A stretch of 59,533 nt of DNA, the filler included, from Catajapyx aquilonaris (taxonomy: Eukaryota), in the NCBI GenBank assembly GCA_000934665.2. It is 4 parts of 4 records of this genome, joined end to end, with 100 filler letters (N's around TTAATTAATTAA, not from the genome) between each part and the next. Parts side by side here need not be neighbours in the genome. Positions count along the whole stretch, not along the records: positions 1 to 14,796 come from JYFJ02007685.1; 3 more parts are not named here. One strand, given 5' to 3'. The notes beneath the pieces were generated by a model, which made no database searches, was not told the origin of the DNA, and saw nothing but the letters and a program-made list of their open reading frames with translations. The position numbers were made by a program, and so were the translations under genes. Shown here piece by piece: positions 1 to 13,260 of this stretch (its first letter is position 1; every line of letters begins with the position of its first letter).

Positions 1-99
1 ATGTAAATTCTTGTTCTTGATTAGCCTTTGAATAATTGTGGATGATGAGATACATTGGCGCGGGGCCTTTATGGTCGGGTCGCCGTAACTCTGACACAG

Positions 100-863
100 T
101 CTAGTGCAGCCTGAATTTAGTGGCGGTTTGGGATATGCACTTGGTCGGAACTTTAAAGGTGCCCCATGCTGAAGTGCCAAGTTACATTGTATGCATGGCG
201 GATGACTTGGTTGTAAAATAATTATTCATATGTGATATTTCACTTGAGTCAAAGATCATGTGTTCGACAAATTCGTGTCATTGCCATTATGACAGTGCAA
301 TGTACATTTGGCACCATGCGTAACACATAGTATACAGTATGTCTTTTTCTGATGATGAAAATCGTTCTCTGATTAACCGCCTTTGGCATCATCTGACGCA
401 ATGGTCGTCATTCTATGAAATGTAGATGTAATCTCCCCAGCGCAGTAAATGAGCCCTGAGGTTGAGTCTGCTATAGTGTGATAGCGAGCCCACATATTGA
501 CCAGTGTTGGCGTAACTTGGAATTATTTCCAATGGACCATATACTTTCATTCGATGATAAAGTCGATTAAAGTAAGTTTATAAATGCTGGCCTGATAAAT
601 TTATTTTTGGAAAGACACAGATCCCTGCAAGATTACTACGCCATTCTGTACTCTCAGTTGCATTACAATGACTAATCCCTTGAATCGATTCATTGTGTAT
701 CACATGTTAAATCCTGTGGATGAGTTATATTGGTGTCAATACGTGTGCAACGTTGCTATCTATCCTAGAACTCCCTCCATCACGTGGTCAACTTCCGGTT
801 GGATAAAGATTTGGGTGACGTTTGATGAGAGAATGTCCACAATAATACTGTGGCCACAGTACA
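100..863 (-). pseudogene. Second decayed sequon-rich glycoprotein-like fragment
   Basis: Stop-riddled frames contain NVT, NSS, NAT, NLS, NES, NNS, NDT and NIT sequons (e.g. SHCNATESTEWRSNLAGICVFPKINLSG). Confidence 0.3.
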
Positions 864-3800
864 CTGCAAAAGAAGCAGATTAGTTTGTTTTATTACTACT
901 TTTTATAATTTTATATAAGTTATTACTGTATATTGCGTCATATTTATGATATGATTTTATAAATATTGCACAAGATTCCCCCCCCCCCCNCCCCCCCCCC
1001 CCCGCCTACAACGTAATATTTAAAATGCACGTCTACCTCAGGAAGTTCCAATGTCTGAACATGTAGTCCATGCTTCAACCCCTTCTTTGGAGTCCCAAAC
1101 AATAGCTGCTCAAAGACTTGAGCTGTGAATGGAGTAAATATGAACCAATCGGCATGGAGCCACAATGGCTAACTTCGAGTAGGTTGTGGGTACGTGAAAC
1201 CTAATATTGGCGGACCCAGGGGCGCCATTCGCATTGGACATTGGGTGTTGAATAATGTTTGAATAATATTAAAACCAAAATTTTGGCACCATCTTAAAAT
1301 TTTAATGTTAATTTGAGGCTATTTTCAATGCGATATTATGAAAGGCCGTTAAAAGAGGTTCCGAAATCACGTATTACCATTTGAATTCACTTTAGGGGTT
1401 CAGAAGTTCCGGGCCTCCAAAACAAGCCCTGACAGCAAAAGATGAGTGACAAGTCGCAATTTATTCACCCTGTAGTTTCGCAATCACGTGTCACAGAGAA
1501 ACATAAACCCGGTTATTTACATATACTACAGTAGGCCTACATCACAATTAGGAGCTGTACTACAAACCTATGAATTTTGGTTGAAGTAAGAAGAGGTTTG
1601 TCGGAAAGGTGGTAACAGTTGACGCGGAATTTCCCATATATGATTTGCAAAATCCTGGTTGCACAATGTGGCAACCTTCAAACAGGATATTACAAAGCGA
1701 AAATTAATATAGATACGTGATATAAGTTACTGCATTTCATTACAGTGCAAGTTTAGCGAACATTGCGTGACTTAAAATTAGGCGTATTATTATATCAGTA
1801 AGTGAGATCATCAATGATACCACAATTGAAGCAAGTCAGCATGAACCAGTCATAAAGTCAGACTGACCTCTCAAGCAATCTGTATCGTTTTTCAAATGTT
1901 TGTATTAGCTTTTCGGCTTTCTTGATGTAATCGGTGAGCTGGTCCTGTCATTCTGTTGCCTTGATGACGTGCTTCTGAACTGCTTCTTCCGTTCTCTTTG
2001 ATACTACTTCTAACTGCAGCAATAAGCACTTTGTTGAATGTGAAGCTTTGTGGGTGCTCTGAGTGGTATGCCGCTGCTGTGAGGACGACGTGTCTGCCCT
2101 TATCAGAACTGCTCTCTGCTGCTATATTGCATATTATCCGTTGTGACGTGCCAAGGACGATTAAAATGGTATCAACCTTGTATGTTGTTCATAATATTAA
2201 TCATGTATCAGCAGTTGGAGTGAATCATAGAGTACTATAAAAAGTACTATAGAGAAGGTTAGAGGCACTGATATAACTTTACATTTTATATCATATCAAT
2301 GCCCTTTATTGTTACAAGTAAAGATGTTTGGTGTGCCTCAAAAGTCGCAGTTAATATGCTTCTTATGCCAGAGTGATTTCAATGTTTCAGTTGAAGGAGA
2401 CCACGCCACGAGGTCTTGTACGAAGGTGCGCTAACTTTTCTCGTGCACCACTGGGGACAAGAAGGGCGAGATAGAGTGAGCCAATGGCAGGCAGATTGGT
2501 CCGTCGCAAATAGTCATCACAGAGCCATCTGCAAGCGCAGAAGCGGAGGTGGTGACAGTCTTTCTGGAGGGTTACTGCAAGTTACAGCATTGCTCCTCCC
2601 ATTGTGTCACAACATCTGACCATTACACCCGGCTGCGGAGGAGATCACATCACATGTCAATCGATATGCTAAGCTTGGAAGGCAAATAATTTCATTTAAA
2701 GTGCAGACAACCACATAAAAACTACGACCAAATGTCGGGTGATCTCTTAACTAGAGGGTATTTATGCTTTTTATATTACAACATCGCTTGGAAGAAATCA
2801 GTGTATTTGTGGAACACTAATTTTATTCAACTGCATCACAGTATTTAACCATGCAACCGGAATAAAATTTTAATCTACGTCATGTCTGCCCCCAGAAGGT
2901 TTCCTGACTGGTCTGACCAGTCCCCCAGTCTCGGCTCCAGCCGCGTACAGATCAATCTTCTCCTGCGGCTGGCGTCTCACCAACAACACTTGGCCAAGAG
3001 CAATCTCTGCCATCCCACGTCCCCAAGATACCGCAGATATTCTGACATGTCCACAAATATATGCAGAGTTAGCCATGAAATGACAATGCGAATGTTCACT
3101 TGGGTGTTGAACTACGTCTACTGACATCGTAGCATCTTCTTCAGCAACTGCATGGTGGCAATTGATTCATGTTGTCCCCAGATAATTACCTATATGTTGC
3201 ACAAAAGGGCGCTCTATTATTGTCTCATGGGAAGGTCCTGTTGCGCTTATTGACACATGTTTCACAACCGTTTGCTGCTGACAGTTTCATGAAAAAATGT
3301 GTGGGGCGGCCAGCGTCTTATCCTGCATTTCCCTAATCTCCCTTATCAGACAACTCGTCGTGGTGAACCCATTATCTGATCATGTTCATGTAGTTGTGAT
3401 GCCCCTGGTCTTAGTGAACAAGACTGGTTTTTTTTATTTGTGTGTTTTCCATTAAAGAAGTCTTCTGGAAGCTGCCCCAACTCGTGCAGAGATCGTGGCA
3501 CCTGCTCCGACCCTTGTCTCGAGCGGCATACGTCTCTAAATCATCGGCACCATCCTCTTCATACTGCTGCATGCTTCAGTTGGAAAATTTACATATGTAA
3601 CACTAGATAATATTGATCTGCAACAAGTCAAACGGTGATTATTATCAAGTGGTTAATTCATATATTTGATACATGTCAAGTACCTGTGTATGATGATCAG
3701 ATATATTATTAACTGACATGCTCATGCACGAGATCAGTCTTCTACAGACCGTAGAAGTCTATGTTCTGTCGCCTTCCTTGGCTCTCCAACATGTTGAGCA

Positions 3801-5250
3801 GGAAGTTGCTGATGGGATCTAGTGACGAATGAGTCACCTGCCCAGTCGTGACCCAGCCTTCCTCCAACACGTCCGTAGCCTACTCCACAGAGAGGGTCAG
3901 GCGGAGGGGATGATCATATGGACTGATGTCTGTGGGAGAGAGGTGAAAAATGATCACATTTTCTACGCCTCCAAATGACTGGGGTCCTCCCTAATTACAT
4001 ACCATGATTTTAATTCGAAGCTTTGTTGGTTTTGAAATTTATTTTGTTCCCAAAGGAGTGGATACATGACGTTACAGACAAAGTTTGGAAACGTTTGAAG
4101 CACTAAGTTTTTAAAATGGGTTTTAATAATAATGCACTTGTAATTTAATTTTTTTTTTACCTGTGATCTGAGCTTCTCCAACTTAAGTAAGGAACTTATG
4201 TGCTCATTTTCTGCTGTCGTGAGCTTGCCGTCTTTATAAGTCGTGTCCAATAATTCAACCTTTTTTTGTCCGAACCAGACTGACTCCCTGCTTCCGGCCT
4301 CCCGGGCCGTTATTTATTCCCACTTTGAGCGCATGCGCAGTACACAATAGTCCTTGTGCAGCCAAGCAGAGTCAAACCCCTTCATCATTTCCTCTACATC
4401 GAGGAGGTCAGGTTGCTGGACGACCTGTTGAGTTGTTCGTAGCCTCTTCCTTTGGCTCTCCCACTTAAAGGTTACAGTGGCCAGCTGGTTCATTACTGGT
4501 TCCTTTCGGCTGCTGCATTTTTGTGAGGATTGCTTGATTTTATAAACATTATGAGCAATGTTGCTTAAAAGGGCAGTTTTAATAACACCTGCGGGATGTG
4601 AAGTTCCTGTGTGAGATTGTTGGCGCGTGTTACCCTTACTCGAGGGAATTTTGTCAGTACGTATGTTGCTACATTATAATTATAGCCTTGAAACACCCTT
4701 TCCGAGTCAGAAGTAGCCATTTGCTTAATAATTATTATATTATTTATTACTCTGATTCTGGAATTAACGATGTGGTAGCACAAAGTTGCAAATAGGCAGT
4801 AATATTACGAATTCGGAAGAGTTGGTGTTTTTTTCTCAGTTTATTTATTTGCGGCTCTCTTTTAGGAACTGCTAATTATTAGTAAGTCAGACCACTTTTT
4901 CTGACAGTTCCTCTTCATTTGACTGGTTCTATGTGGCTATAAGGACTAAGGCAGTGGTTCAATACTGGCGAAAGACGCAAATCGAGTTTTGGTCCAGGTT
5001 TGGTCCAAGTTGGTCTGCACTGCAAATGCACAAATAAAGTTTTGCCCATAATTATAATTTTTCGGCTATTTTAGGAGAAAACGGTTTTAATGTGTTATTT
5101 AATAAGTCGGTCCTTGTGAACTGGACTGTAGTTGGACGGTCCTGCAGGATACCCAGATTTAACACTTCAGGAGCGGAGGGAGCTATATGGAAGGGGGATA
5201 CTCCAACAGCCACCTATCAAACTCTCCAAACAAGTAAAGGTCACTACTTT

Positions 5251-5300
<50 letters not shown>
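5251..5300. repeat. (AAC)n microsatellite
   Basis: Seen directly. Others: (AAT)n 25701-25736, mixed ATA/ATC/ATT 29538-29594, (TAA)n 45327-45381, (GAT)n 48208-48233, (AAAT)n 58033-58089. Confidence 0.95.
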
Positions 5301-6618
5301 GCTTCAAGTTCAGTATTGGCAAAACTTTTTTTGTTTCGCAGATGGTGAACTGATGTGTGACCTGCTTGGAAGGTGTATGTGGAGGTTTCACGATGCTTTT
5401 ATGAGTCACTTGGTTTGTGCAAGAATGTGCCTACAAACATGGCACTAAATATTTCCATTTTGTAAGAACTGCTTTGGTTGGTCCACGAATAATTTTTGGC
5501 ATGGTTGTGTCCATGAAGCCGCAGTTGGTGTGAGTCCCATGGTGGCGTCACTCTGGCTGTTGATTGCTTCATGTTCATGTTGTTTTCCATAATGCTACGG
5601 TGGGTTGAGTTATCATGGAATTTCCTTATGTGTTATTTGTTTCAGAGAAAGAGATTTTTGAAGTGTTTGATTTTTTGTGTGCAAGACAAGTAACTTTAAG
5701 TGCAGGTTTTTACTAATAATAAATGGTAAGGCAAAACTGAACTTTTCTTTCTATGCATAAAGCATTGTGAAAATCTGGTTTTCCAGTAATGATTTTTCCT
5801 CTGCAAACTGGGTAGAGAAAGTGCTACTACCATCTGTAATTTTTATCATCCTCTTCCACCTGACATTCTCAGCTAGATCACTGATTAGGCCAGGAAATTT
5901 CTTATGTGAAGAGGTTCTATGAGTTTTGTCCATGTTTTTGTTGGTTTACTCAGGATTTTCCCGTCTCCCACAATCACTGGTGAGTATGAACAAGGCGTCC
6001 TGGAGAGAGCACAAGCCTATGGCTCCTTGCCATGAAAATTCTCTGTAAAAGACAACATTCTCAAAGTTTGCTGCCTTCCGTATTCCAGATATTATGTATA
6101 GTCTAGTGATAATGATTATGCAGTGTACTTTGATATTTTGTATTGGACGTTGTTAACTAATAGATTAAAAAATATTTGAAATCCTGATGGCCAGCTGTCT
6201 CCTCCTGCTCGGACTTTCCAGACTCCATACTAAGAGAGATACCAGTCTTTCTTCTATTACCTCTTCGTTTTCTCCTTCAATCCCACCTTTTCATCTTCTA
6301 CTGCTAGATAGCCATTTCGATAGGTTTTTTGCACAACAATATAAATCTACATTATCAATACACCGCAGCAATAAGATTTACTTGCATTGCTCTCAGCTGA
6401 CTAATCATTTGTTGCATTTCGTAATAGTCATGAGGTGAATGATGTTATGGGAGTCAATAGGCCTACATAAAACGTTTTGGACAATTTTTTGCCATTCGCT
6501 CGCCTGTGATGGCCAGTCATTACGACTACATAATTGGTAATCGCAATCGTCAGTTCACAGTTCTGCGCGGGGCCTTTATGGTCGGGTCGCCGTAACTCTG
6601 ACACAGTTCTGCTAAGTA

Positions 6619-6909
6619 ATGGATGCATCTATTGAGAAAGACAGACAAAACATGGGAAAATATATAGCATACATGTTGTATAAACAAATTAAAGACGATA
6701 TTTACCTTGAACAATATCTCCTTTCACCACTGCCACTTCCCATAAAATGCTCAATTATAAATCTACGCAACTCTTTACCGAACGTAAGTAAATGGGTGCA
6801 AAATCCCAATCACTTAGATCTGTTTCTTCTGATATATGAATGTTCATTTGGGCATGCAGCAAGGACTAAATATCAATTTAAATATCCGAAATATCTGCCA
6901 GACCTGTAA
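6619..6909 (+). mobile_element. LINE ORF2 C-terminal fragment (RTE-X-like)
   Basis: KDRQNMGKYIAYMLYKQI...EQYLLSPLPL...INLRNS resembles the C-terminus of the LINE at 22322-22560. DLFLLIYECSF..AARTKY is shared with 57790-57885. Confidence 0.55.
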
Positions 6910-9880
6910 GTGCATTTCAAATTTGACTGATTAATAGTAATTAGTTTGGGTATTTTTCTATATGTGTGGTACGTAGAGGCTATTGAGTTTGTAACTTGTA
7001 GAAATGCTCTGAGGTCGACACTCTGACTGGAGTGTTGACCAAAACATGTTTGTTTACTTGTTATATTTTCGCACTTGGGATGGATATCCGCAAAATGGCT
7101 ATGTCTTAGAGTCAGAGCTACATACTGCGTCGTGCGTCTCCTTCTGGATCTTGTTTAGCCGTAGATGAGTTGGAGATACTTTGCAAATCCCTCTGGTAGT
7201 TTTTCTGGGTTAATTTTAGTCCAGAAGGTTTGTGCTACTATTTTCAGCACTGTGACATTTTATGCACTCAATCTGGTCAACTTTTTCCGCATAAAAATAT
7301 GTGAAGCAACACGTCCAGATTGACATCCTTGCTATTCACCACTGTTGGTGCCACCTGCAACTTATAATGCTGAGTTGTGCTTTATGTACGGTACTGTCCC
7401 ATAACAGAGAGTTGGCTTCTCCAAATCTGATATTGTAACATTGTGGATATAACATAACCATTTTTGGCGATTCGGCATCCAAAGACGCGTTCATAATTTT
7501 GTGGCACAATAAAACATGTTGCTTAATTTCATTCTCATTTCTGCTTTTCGGCCACATTGCCATTCAAGTCACTGAAGAGTCTCATCTGGGAAGAAGCTGT
7601 GGTACCATTTGCCCGGGACACCAGCGTGAGATGGGTACAAAATAGTCCGGTGGTCAATATTGTTGGTTTAAAGCAGCGATTCGAGGCTCCATGTGAAAAT
7701 AAAGGTTATGCCTGCCCCTTGGCAAATATTCCATCGCAAATGAACTCGTTTCAATGGCTCAGCGCTACTGAGCATAGATCAGTATTTGAAATGGATTCAC
7801 TTTGAATAACTTCTCACTGTTGGATATTGCACAAGGCTAAGTGGCGCGGCGTTTCCAGCTCAAGATTTCGTTGTTGTACGTATTATTTTAAAGGGTGTTG
7901 TCATCTTGGGAAATACGTAAGTCACGAGAAGTCTATGCCATGAGGCATTGCAAGAGAGTTGGGCTGTGATTTATCGAACTTGGACGAAGGGTGTATCACA
8001 TTTATACCTGCTAGTTATGAAAAGTAGTTCTGATGTTCATATGCGTTAATGTGTTTATAGAGAAGCTGTAGTTAGGCCTAGATTATAGCTCCATTCTTTT
8101 CCGAATGTCAGGGGAATCTAGGCTGAGCTATTTTATGGATTGCCTTTTCTGAGGGTCATATTGGTTTGAGGTCATGTGATTTTTCAGAATTTCAAGTAAG
8201 AGTCTATAGTACAATGTTGAACATGAATGGTGCCCTGTCGTACTGGTGGCTCCACGAGCGCCTATAATCTTTTCCATCCGATGGTGCTATCGTATCTCGT
8301 TGATTCCTGCGTCTATCTTGACGATGCAGGTCGTTGTCCCTGACTGTCGTTGTCTATTGTGTAGATTCCAGCAGGTGTATCTTCCAGCAGTATTTTGCTT
8401 AGCCTCTGTCTGGGGTGCACATTGTATTTGTGCAGAGTCTTCTTTTTCCAAGATTTGCTTGGCATTACGAATATAACGAATATCGAGCCAAATACGTGGA
8501 TACATTTCATCCAGAAGTAGCCCCACTCGATTAAGGTCGATGATTTGCATGTCTCTGAATTTTTGGGACGACTGTGACAGTGAGGTAGAATATTTCAATG
8601 GCACAAAATCATATAGCTGGTATGGTTATTGTCATTGGTAGGGTTTGATGCCATAAGGCGAATTTTTTTCTTGTATCACTGTTGTTCTGGTTCTGGACCT
8701 AAGCCATTTCGTTGCCACGTTTGTTACAGAACATAGCCATGATGAAGCATACTGAAATTCCAAGGAAATTTTTAAAAGTTTTACCTGAATAGTGACCAGA
8801 TTCATTCGTCGAAGGCTGCGATTCGTGACAGGATTGTACTCGAATTTGGTGAACTGAGCATTTTTCCTATAACAGAGTTATGCTTCTCTGTGACATTTTC
8901 TCTGTTTATTGTATAACAGGACTGGTCATGTCTACATGAGGATTTCATCACTACCGAAGCTCTGCACTGTTTTGACAATATAACATCCTATGAATTTACC
9001 TAATAAGGAAATTGATTACACGCATGTGTCCATGTATGGTATAATATCCTACTTTCTAGCAGCTCGGTTCTTAGTTGTCATTCTCTGAAATTCCACGGAA
9101 CCTCATGGGATCTATTTCCTCCAAATGATGCAACGTACAATCAATTCGGATCTTGTACCTACTCTGTCAGGCCAAAATCCGGGCTTGCAGCAGTACTACA
9201 AAGGTTCACAGTCTTATACCACCACCAAATGGCTACAGCCCGATGAGATATCTTCACAATACTGTATTGGTTACAGGCTGACTGTGCCCTACATACTCAA
9301 TTTCGGGCTGTCACTATATAGCACTACTTTTCGACATGCTGTAGTTGCATTGGTGATTGAGGCATTTGACGTTACCATGTCTTTGTACCATGTCATGATT
9401 TTGTCTATTGCAGGCATATGGAAATATTATCCCTGATGTTTCAACCAACTTTCAGCAGCACGTTAAACGTATTTGTCTGATGTCGGTACCCATTTGTTTA
9501 TGATGTTGTCACTATTCGGTGATTAGATGTTGATGGAGCCGGGGGCTGTAGATGGCTATGCCGGGTAAGCCCCCTTATATACATATCTAATACTAAAGTC
9601 ATTTTTGTCACGATAGATCATGTCTGGCCCGCTTTGTTATTTACAAGTTGCTTTTCATGTGTAAGACGGACCTGATGTGTTTTCCTGATGGTCTTTCGCA
9701 ATTTTCTCACCTAAATGCTGTCTTTGGAGGGAAATGCTGAGATTTAAGATTGATAATCCAAGGTTATAAAAGTATTTCTATCATAACATTGAGAATTTGA
9801 AAACTTGCTTTTCAGGTAGGTGAATAAATGAGGAACAAGTGTCATTATTATGTAAGGTTCAAGAAAGTAAAATGGCATGT
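6910..9880 (-). pseudogene. Long decayed Cys- and N-sequon-rich glycoprotein-like ORF, possibly a viral envelope remnant
   Basis: Broken frames carry many N-x-S/T sequons (NAS, NAT, NRS, NFS, NHT, NVT, NIT, NQS), Cys clusters and a furin-like RSRRRR motif near 7130-7150. It lies directly downstream of, and co-oriented with, the viral N remnant. Confidence 0.4.
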
Positions 9881-9989
9881 GACGAGGTAAATGTCACAAG
9901 TGTCAGGCACGGAGAGCAGAATAGGCCGACTCTCGCTTGAAGACGGGTTTCTCTGGTGATTGTGATGCCCAAAGAATCGTTACAAAACT

Positions 9990-10770
9990 TCAGCCGCCCA
10001 ATAGCTTCTCTTCCTTAGGTGGATCACGCTCACTTCCGTTCTCAGTGACGCGGAATGAATTCCGAGCAGTGTCATGTACCTGTAACTTCTTCCTTGTCTC
10101 TCCAGCATACTTCTTAATATCATCAGCCATAGTCCCACCTGCCTTAAGGACTCCAACTGCTTTCAACGTTATCCTCTTGGCGTTTGGAGTCACAGGAGGG
10201 TTCATGGCAGCCTCGAAGAATCCTATAAAAGCCTGGTGCTTCGTGGGATTATAGGTCTGATCACTTTATCAACCTTCTTCAGGTTCTTGAAAACAGCCCT
10301 TTCTAAATAGGGCTGGTCATCAGGTATTAGTACTGCAGCTGCTGTGTTCATAAGCGCTCTATAGGAGTCTAGGGTAACCAGCTGCTTCCTCTTCTGGGAA
10401 TATTGTTCTCAACTTTTTATGCTTGTGAAGCAACTTTGACAACGAGTTGTGGAAATAATATGGACAGTCAAGGCAAGAGCCTTTTCCATCATCCACAATG
10501 CTATATTCATTCATCAATGCTATTATCTCTTCTGCTTGTCTGCCACTAGTTCTTGTCATAACTTTCTTCACCTTGCTACCCCTTTCTAAGAAGAAAATGA
10601 GCATCTTTGTTGATGTCTTTTCCCAGTTGGACAGAGTATTTGCTCTTTTTTTTTTACAAGGGCTCTAAAGACCTCCATATGGCCAAAGCCAACAAATTCA
10701 ATTTGCTTAACATAGACATTTACCTTATCATCAGTCAAGGTTATGTCTTGCGTTAAAGTCTTGACCTTAG
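9990..10770 (-). pseudogene. Endogenous viral element: Phenuiviridae (phlebovirus/tenuivirus-type) nucleocapsid N, frameshifted
   Basis: Reconstructed across frameshifts: VNVYVKQIEFVGFG...NWEKTSTKMLIFFLERGSKVKKVMTRTS...IIALMNEYSI...AGYPRALMNTAAAVLIP...FFEAAMN...KRITLKAVGVL. This is collinear with phlebovirus N motifs (EFAYQGF, WEKDAKKMIVLALTRGNK, AYPRHMM, MNAAVNS, KRREFLKAFGL). Confidence 0.8.
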
Positions 10771-13104
10771 AGTGGTTTTATTCCGAGAGGGAGTGGGATG
10801 GATGTCGATATCTTGAGCAACTATCTTGTAATAATATTGTCGTCATATACATCATAGTTTCCGGTTGCACATTTCGCACGTACAGGGCCAAATGAAGTCT
10901 GCTTTGATTACACTGCGCTGCTCACTTTACCAAAGAGTAAGTGTCGCACCTGATATGCTCCAGGAATCTTGGAGTGTGGACCTAGATCATTGAATTGCTA
11001 ATTTGAATTCAGGCTATTAGACGTTTTATAGTAAAGAGATTTGCCTTTCTGACTTTTAAGTTCAGGATAGTCGACACTAATGATAATGACAGAGTTCAGT
11101 TTTGTTTTTGGTCAAGAACACCATGCCCATGTAGGAATGTATGCTCACAACATTGGCCATGTCGCAGACTTTAATTAATTCCATCACTGCTGTGTGGCAT
11201 TCCGAGAAGTGCTTTGATTCGCTGGGATTCACCTCAGTGAATGAGGTATTCCACAAAAATTAGTGAAATCATAAGCTCAATTTTATCATTGGGAAATCCC
11301 TTCGTATTTTTTTCTAAAATCACCTTGGGGTCCTTGGGAGTGACGTCCTCTTCGTCCGATTTGGTCCATCAACTTGGTTCTTGTTGACTGCTAATTTTGG
11401 ATGAGAAAGGCACCCGGTTGCTTTTCCCCACTAGTAAAGCTACAAGTTCTGAGCGTAATATAACTTACTATTGGAGAGGGTTGTGAATGTTTCCTAACAT
11501 TACTTAAAAAATACAGCAGTGACAAATAATCAATCACCTGAGACATGAAGGCCCAAGACTTCGTCAGTGAGTTTTGTTATAAACTACCAATGCTGTCTCG
11601 TCAATCCCGAAAACTGCATGTGACATGTAGTGACGATTAAGTTGCTATTGGCTGTTTCATTCAAATTGGCTATTTTTTTGAGCAACACTTGCACTGGCCT
11701 CTTGGGGAATCAATCTCAATTCTGTTTGCTAGGTAATGAAATGTAAGTGATTTGACAATTGCTGTTATCTTAAGTGCAGGACGACACATTTCCTGTCGTA
11801 AAAACAGGGTGACATTCTATCATATGTTAATTTTTTTTACTGCATATTAATTGTAATTTATCTAAGTACTCCACATAAATTTGCGTCCATATTCACTATT
11901 GTACGAATACTGGAAATGTCCAGCATCGGACATAATTTATTGGTACACCTACAGTCATGGTTCTATCGTCATTTTTGTACAACAGCTGTGAGCAAACATA
12001 TTGATATTGTGATGGCAAAACTGCCTATGGTGATCATATTTATATTATTATTATTATTATTAATAAATTACAATATGATGTGAGCCTACCCTGCATGGAC
12101 CCTCGCAGTGTATCATACATTGCCGCCTGTCCTTACCTGATTCTGTGAGTGTAGTTTGTTTGGGTGTTTAGACCTTGGCATTGTGAACTGCAGAAGACAA
12201 GGAAAATCTCTTGAAAACTGCTCCACGGCACACTATGGTGTATATGACAATTGCATGAAGGACAATTCGGAGGGAGGTACAGAAAAATGGTGATTCTCTA
12301 AGACAGAATGACACGGGACATTCTGTGCTTGTCTTGGTGCTAAATAAGTGTCCGCTCTAGTTGAAGTACTGATGACAGCCTAGTGCATGTTTTAAGTGAT
12401 ACTTGGCGGCCATAATCGTCGGCTGTAACATTAATTCCCACGACGCGGCGTGTTGTTCAGGGGCATATTTCGGACGAAATTCCACATTTCTTCCTTGGCG
12501 ATTCATGAGTACCTGCTGTAAGATCCTTCACTTGAGGAAGTGAACTGAACCATGTGGCATCATTTTATGGGTCACCATCTGCCTTCTGATGGTTATCAGT
12601 TGAATGTTATTACAGAAATGTATACACCAGGAGTAGTGATTATTTTGTAATTAAGATCGTTGTAGCTTTTATTCTCTGGAGTGGAGTCGTGGAATCATGA
12701 GGAGAACCAAAATAATGCGTCGTAATATTTGGAGAGAAGTATCTTGTGTCCATATCCTCTCTGTTCATACTTTGTTCAGATCCTGCTGTTGCCTTGCATG
12801 TTGCACCGCAGTGGTTATTGCCAACCTGAAAATGAGAGAAAATGGAGAGATCACGTTACATAGTATTAATTATTGTCTTTTTAGTGTGCCTTATATTCAG
12901 TACAGTGAGATGTGTATTAAAATGCGTGAATAGGAATCTTAATAATTATCTAGAAAAACACACTGCTTGAATTTTTCTTGGCCTGCGACTGTTATGGTCT
13001 GTCAATCCATTACATATGGGGAAAAACATCCCCATTGTTATCTAATAATGGCACTTGGCTCCTACGTCCTACCTTTTCATTTTACCAATCAGTTTGCTGA
13101 TAAT

Positions 13105-13260
13105 TTACAAAACCTCTTTAAAAGTGATGTTCTCAGTTACTACACTGTTCAAAAATTGTACGGGGTACATTTTCCGTTGCAACTCTTCGTCGTCTCCCTC
13201 TGTAGCTCCGACCACGTCGATGCTGTTGTACGTGACTAGTTGCCCTGCAGTTGACCAGCC
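13105..13260 (-). mobile_element. Helitron Pif1-like helicase fragment
   Basis: GQLVTYNSIDVV...DDEE...YPVQFLNSV matches the Helitron RepHel Y.S.D...YP.EFLNS motif. Confidence 0.6.

Noticed and set aside
5092..5448. Poly-N, poly-T and poly-V ORFs
   Set aside because: Produced by the (AAC)n microsatellite; the poly-I and poly-M/H ORFs at 29366 and 47973-48434 arise the same way.
58..6607. LTR pair bounding a 6.5-kb retrotransposon
   Set aside because: The repeat is only 43 bp, has no TG..CA termini, PBS or PPT, and no gag/pol motifs lie between the copies.
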